DNA of 63,893 bases, counting the filler, from Pelomyxa schiedti (taxonomy: Eukaryota; Protista; Evosea), in the NCBI GenBank assembly GCA_020536535.1. It is 5 parts of 5 records of this genome, joined end to end, with 100 filler letters (N's around TTAATTAATTAA, not from the genome) between each part and the next. Parts side by side here need not be neighbours in the genome. Positions count along the whole stretch, not along the records: positions 48,826 to 63,893 come from JAHLWZ010000339.1; 4 more parts are not named here. One strand, written 5' to 3'. The notes under the pieces are model-generated. The model did no database searches. It was not told the DNA's origin and saw only the letters and a list, made by a program, of their open reading frames with translations. The position numbers and the translations under genes were made by a program. Of this stretch, positions 63,246 through 63,893 are shown in pieces. The first letter of the stretch is position 1, and each line of letters opens with the position of its first letter.

Positions 63246-63893
63246 ATGGGCTGGGTTGATAAGATCCTAACTGCTATCGAGAATGCTGGACTCCAGATCA
63301 ACCTGAGCAAATGTCAGTTCGCCAAGAAAGAACTAAAGTACTTGGGTCACATTGTCAATCAAGAAGAGTAAGGCCAGACCCAGGTAAAGTGAGCTCTGTA
63401 CGTGACATCAAGCAACCTACATCTATAAACGAGATCAGAAGTTTCCTAGGGATGGTAGGCTATTACAGACAGTTTATCAGAGGGTTCGCGAACATCGCAG
63501 CACCTCTTGAAGAGCTCCGCAAGAAGAACACTGTATTCCATTGGGGAAAACCACAACAGCAGGCATTCCAACAACTACGGGAAGCTCTAACCAAGGCACC
63601 AGTACTGCATTACCCGGACTGGAACAAAGAGTTCAGACTCGAAACTGATGCCTCTGACAATGTCCTAGCAGCAACGTTAACTCAATTGGATGCAGAAGGG
63701 GAAGTAGTACCGATTGTGTATCTCAGTCGACGCATGAAGGACGCAGAGACAAGATATCACATTACAGAGAAAGAAGCACTAGCAGCTGTTTGGGCTGTAG
63801 AGAAGTTAGAATGTTATCTATGGGGAAAACATTTTACCTTGTTGACTGACGCGACCGCAGTAGCTAGAATGCAGATGGCAGAGGGCAAGTCCA
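63246..63893 (+). mobile_element. Ty3/Gypsy pol fragment (copy 3; RT C-terminus and RNase H)
   Basis: KCQFAKKELKYLGHIV, IRSFLGMVGYYRQFI, LETDAS; same family as the other two copies. Confidence 0.95.

Noticed and set aside
1-63893. tRNA, rRNA, CRISPR or prokaryotic operons
   Set aside because: None recognised by eye; the content is spliced eukaryotic genes and LTR retroelements.

Overview
Eukaryotic, gene-dense DNA with many short GT-AG introns and GC-rich, low-complexity 5' exons. The gene content (Roco-type kinase, TKL kinase, CH-RasGEF, HPRCG-motif proteins) suggests an amoebozoan, probably Pelomyxa-like; this is inference. The window is not one locus: N44-TTAATTAATTAA-N44 linkers at 15411-15510, 43300-43399, 44762-44861 and 48726-48825 join five scaffolds. 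Scaffold A (1-15410) is a cyclically repeated ~13 kb block: TBCA, PDS5, a RING/B-box/coiled-coil/SEL1 gene, a disrupted SART1/Snu66 and a BRCT-WGR gene. Scaffold B carries a divergent NF-YA, a PH protein, two tandem disrupted intronless ankyrin genes, a CH-RPEL-RasGEF, SMN, V-ATPase subunit a, an orphan ORF, an RluA-family pseudouridine synthase, and a decayed region with two long palindromes beside a dead Ty3/Gypsy element. Scaffold C is a Roco/COR pseudokinase fragment. Scaffold D has a tandem duplication and an ankyrin-TKL kinase. Scaffold E has three pieces of one Ty3/Gypsy family (integrase with chromodomain plus AT-hook) and a decayed gene containing a 93-bp-arm hairpin. The most interesting signals are the long hairpins next to retroelements (one with strand-biased CpG decay), the chromodomain+AT-hook integrase, the TRIM-SEL1 architecture, the catalytic-less BRCT-WGR protein, ankyrin proteins with a C-terminal F-box-like motif, and a 35-bp element shared upstream of two unrelated genes. 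Multi-exon gene boundaries were read by eye and are approximate.
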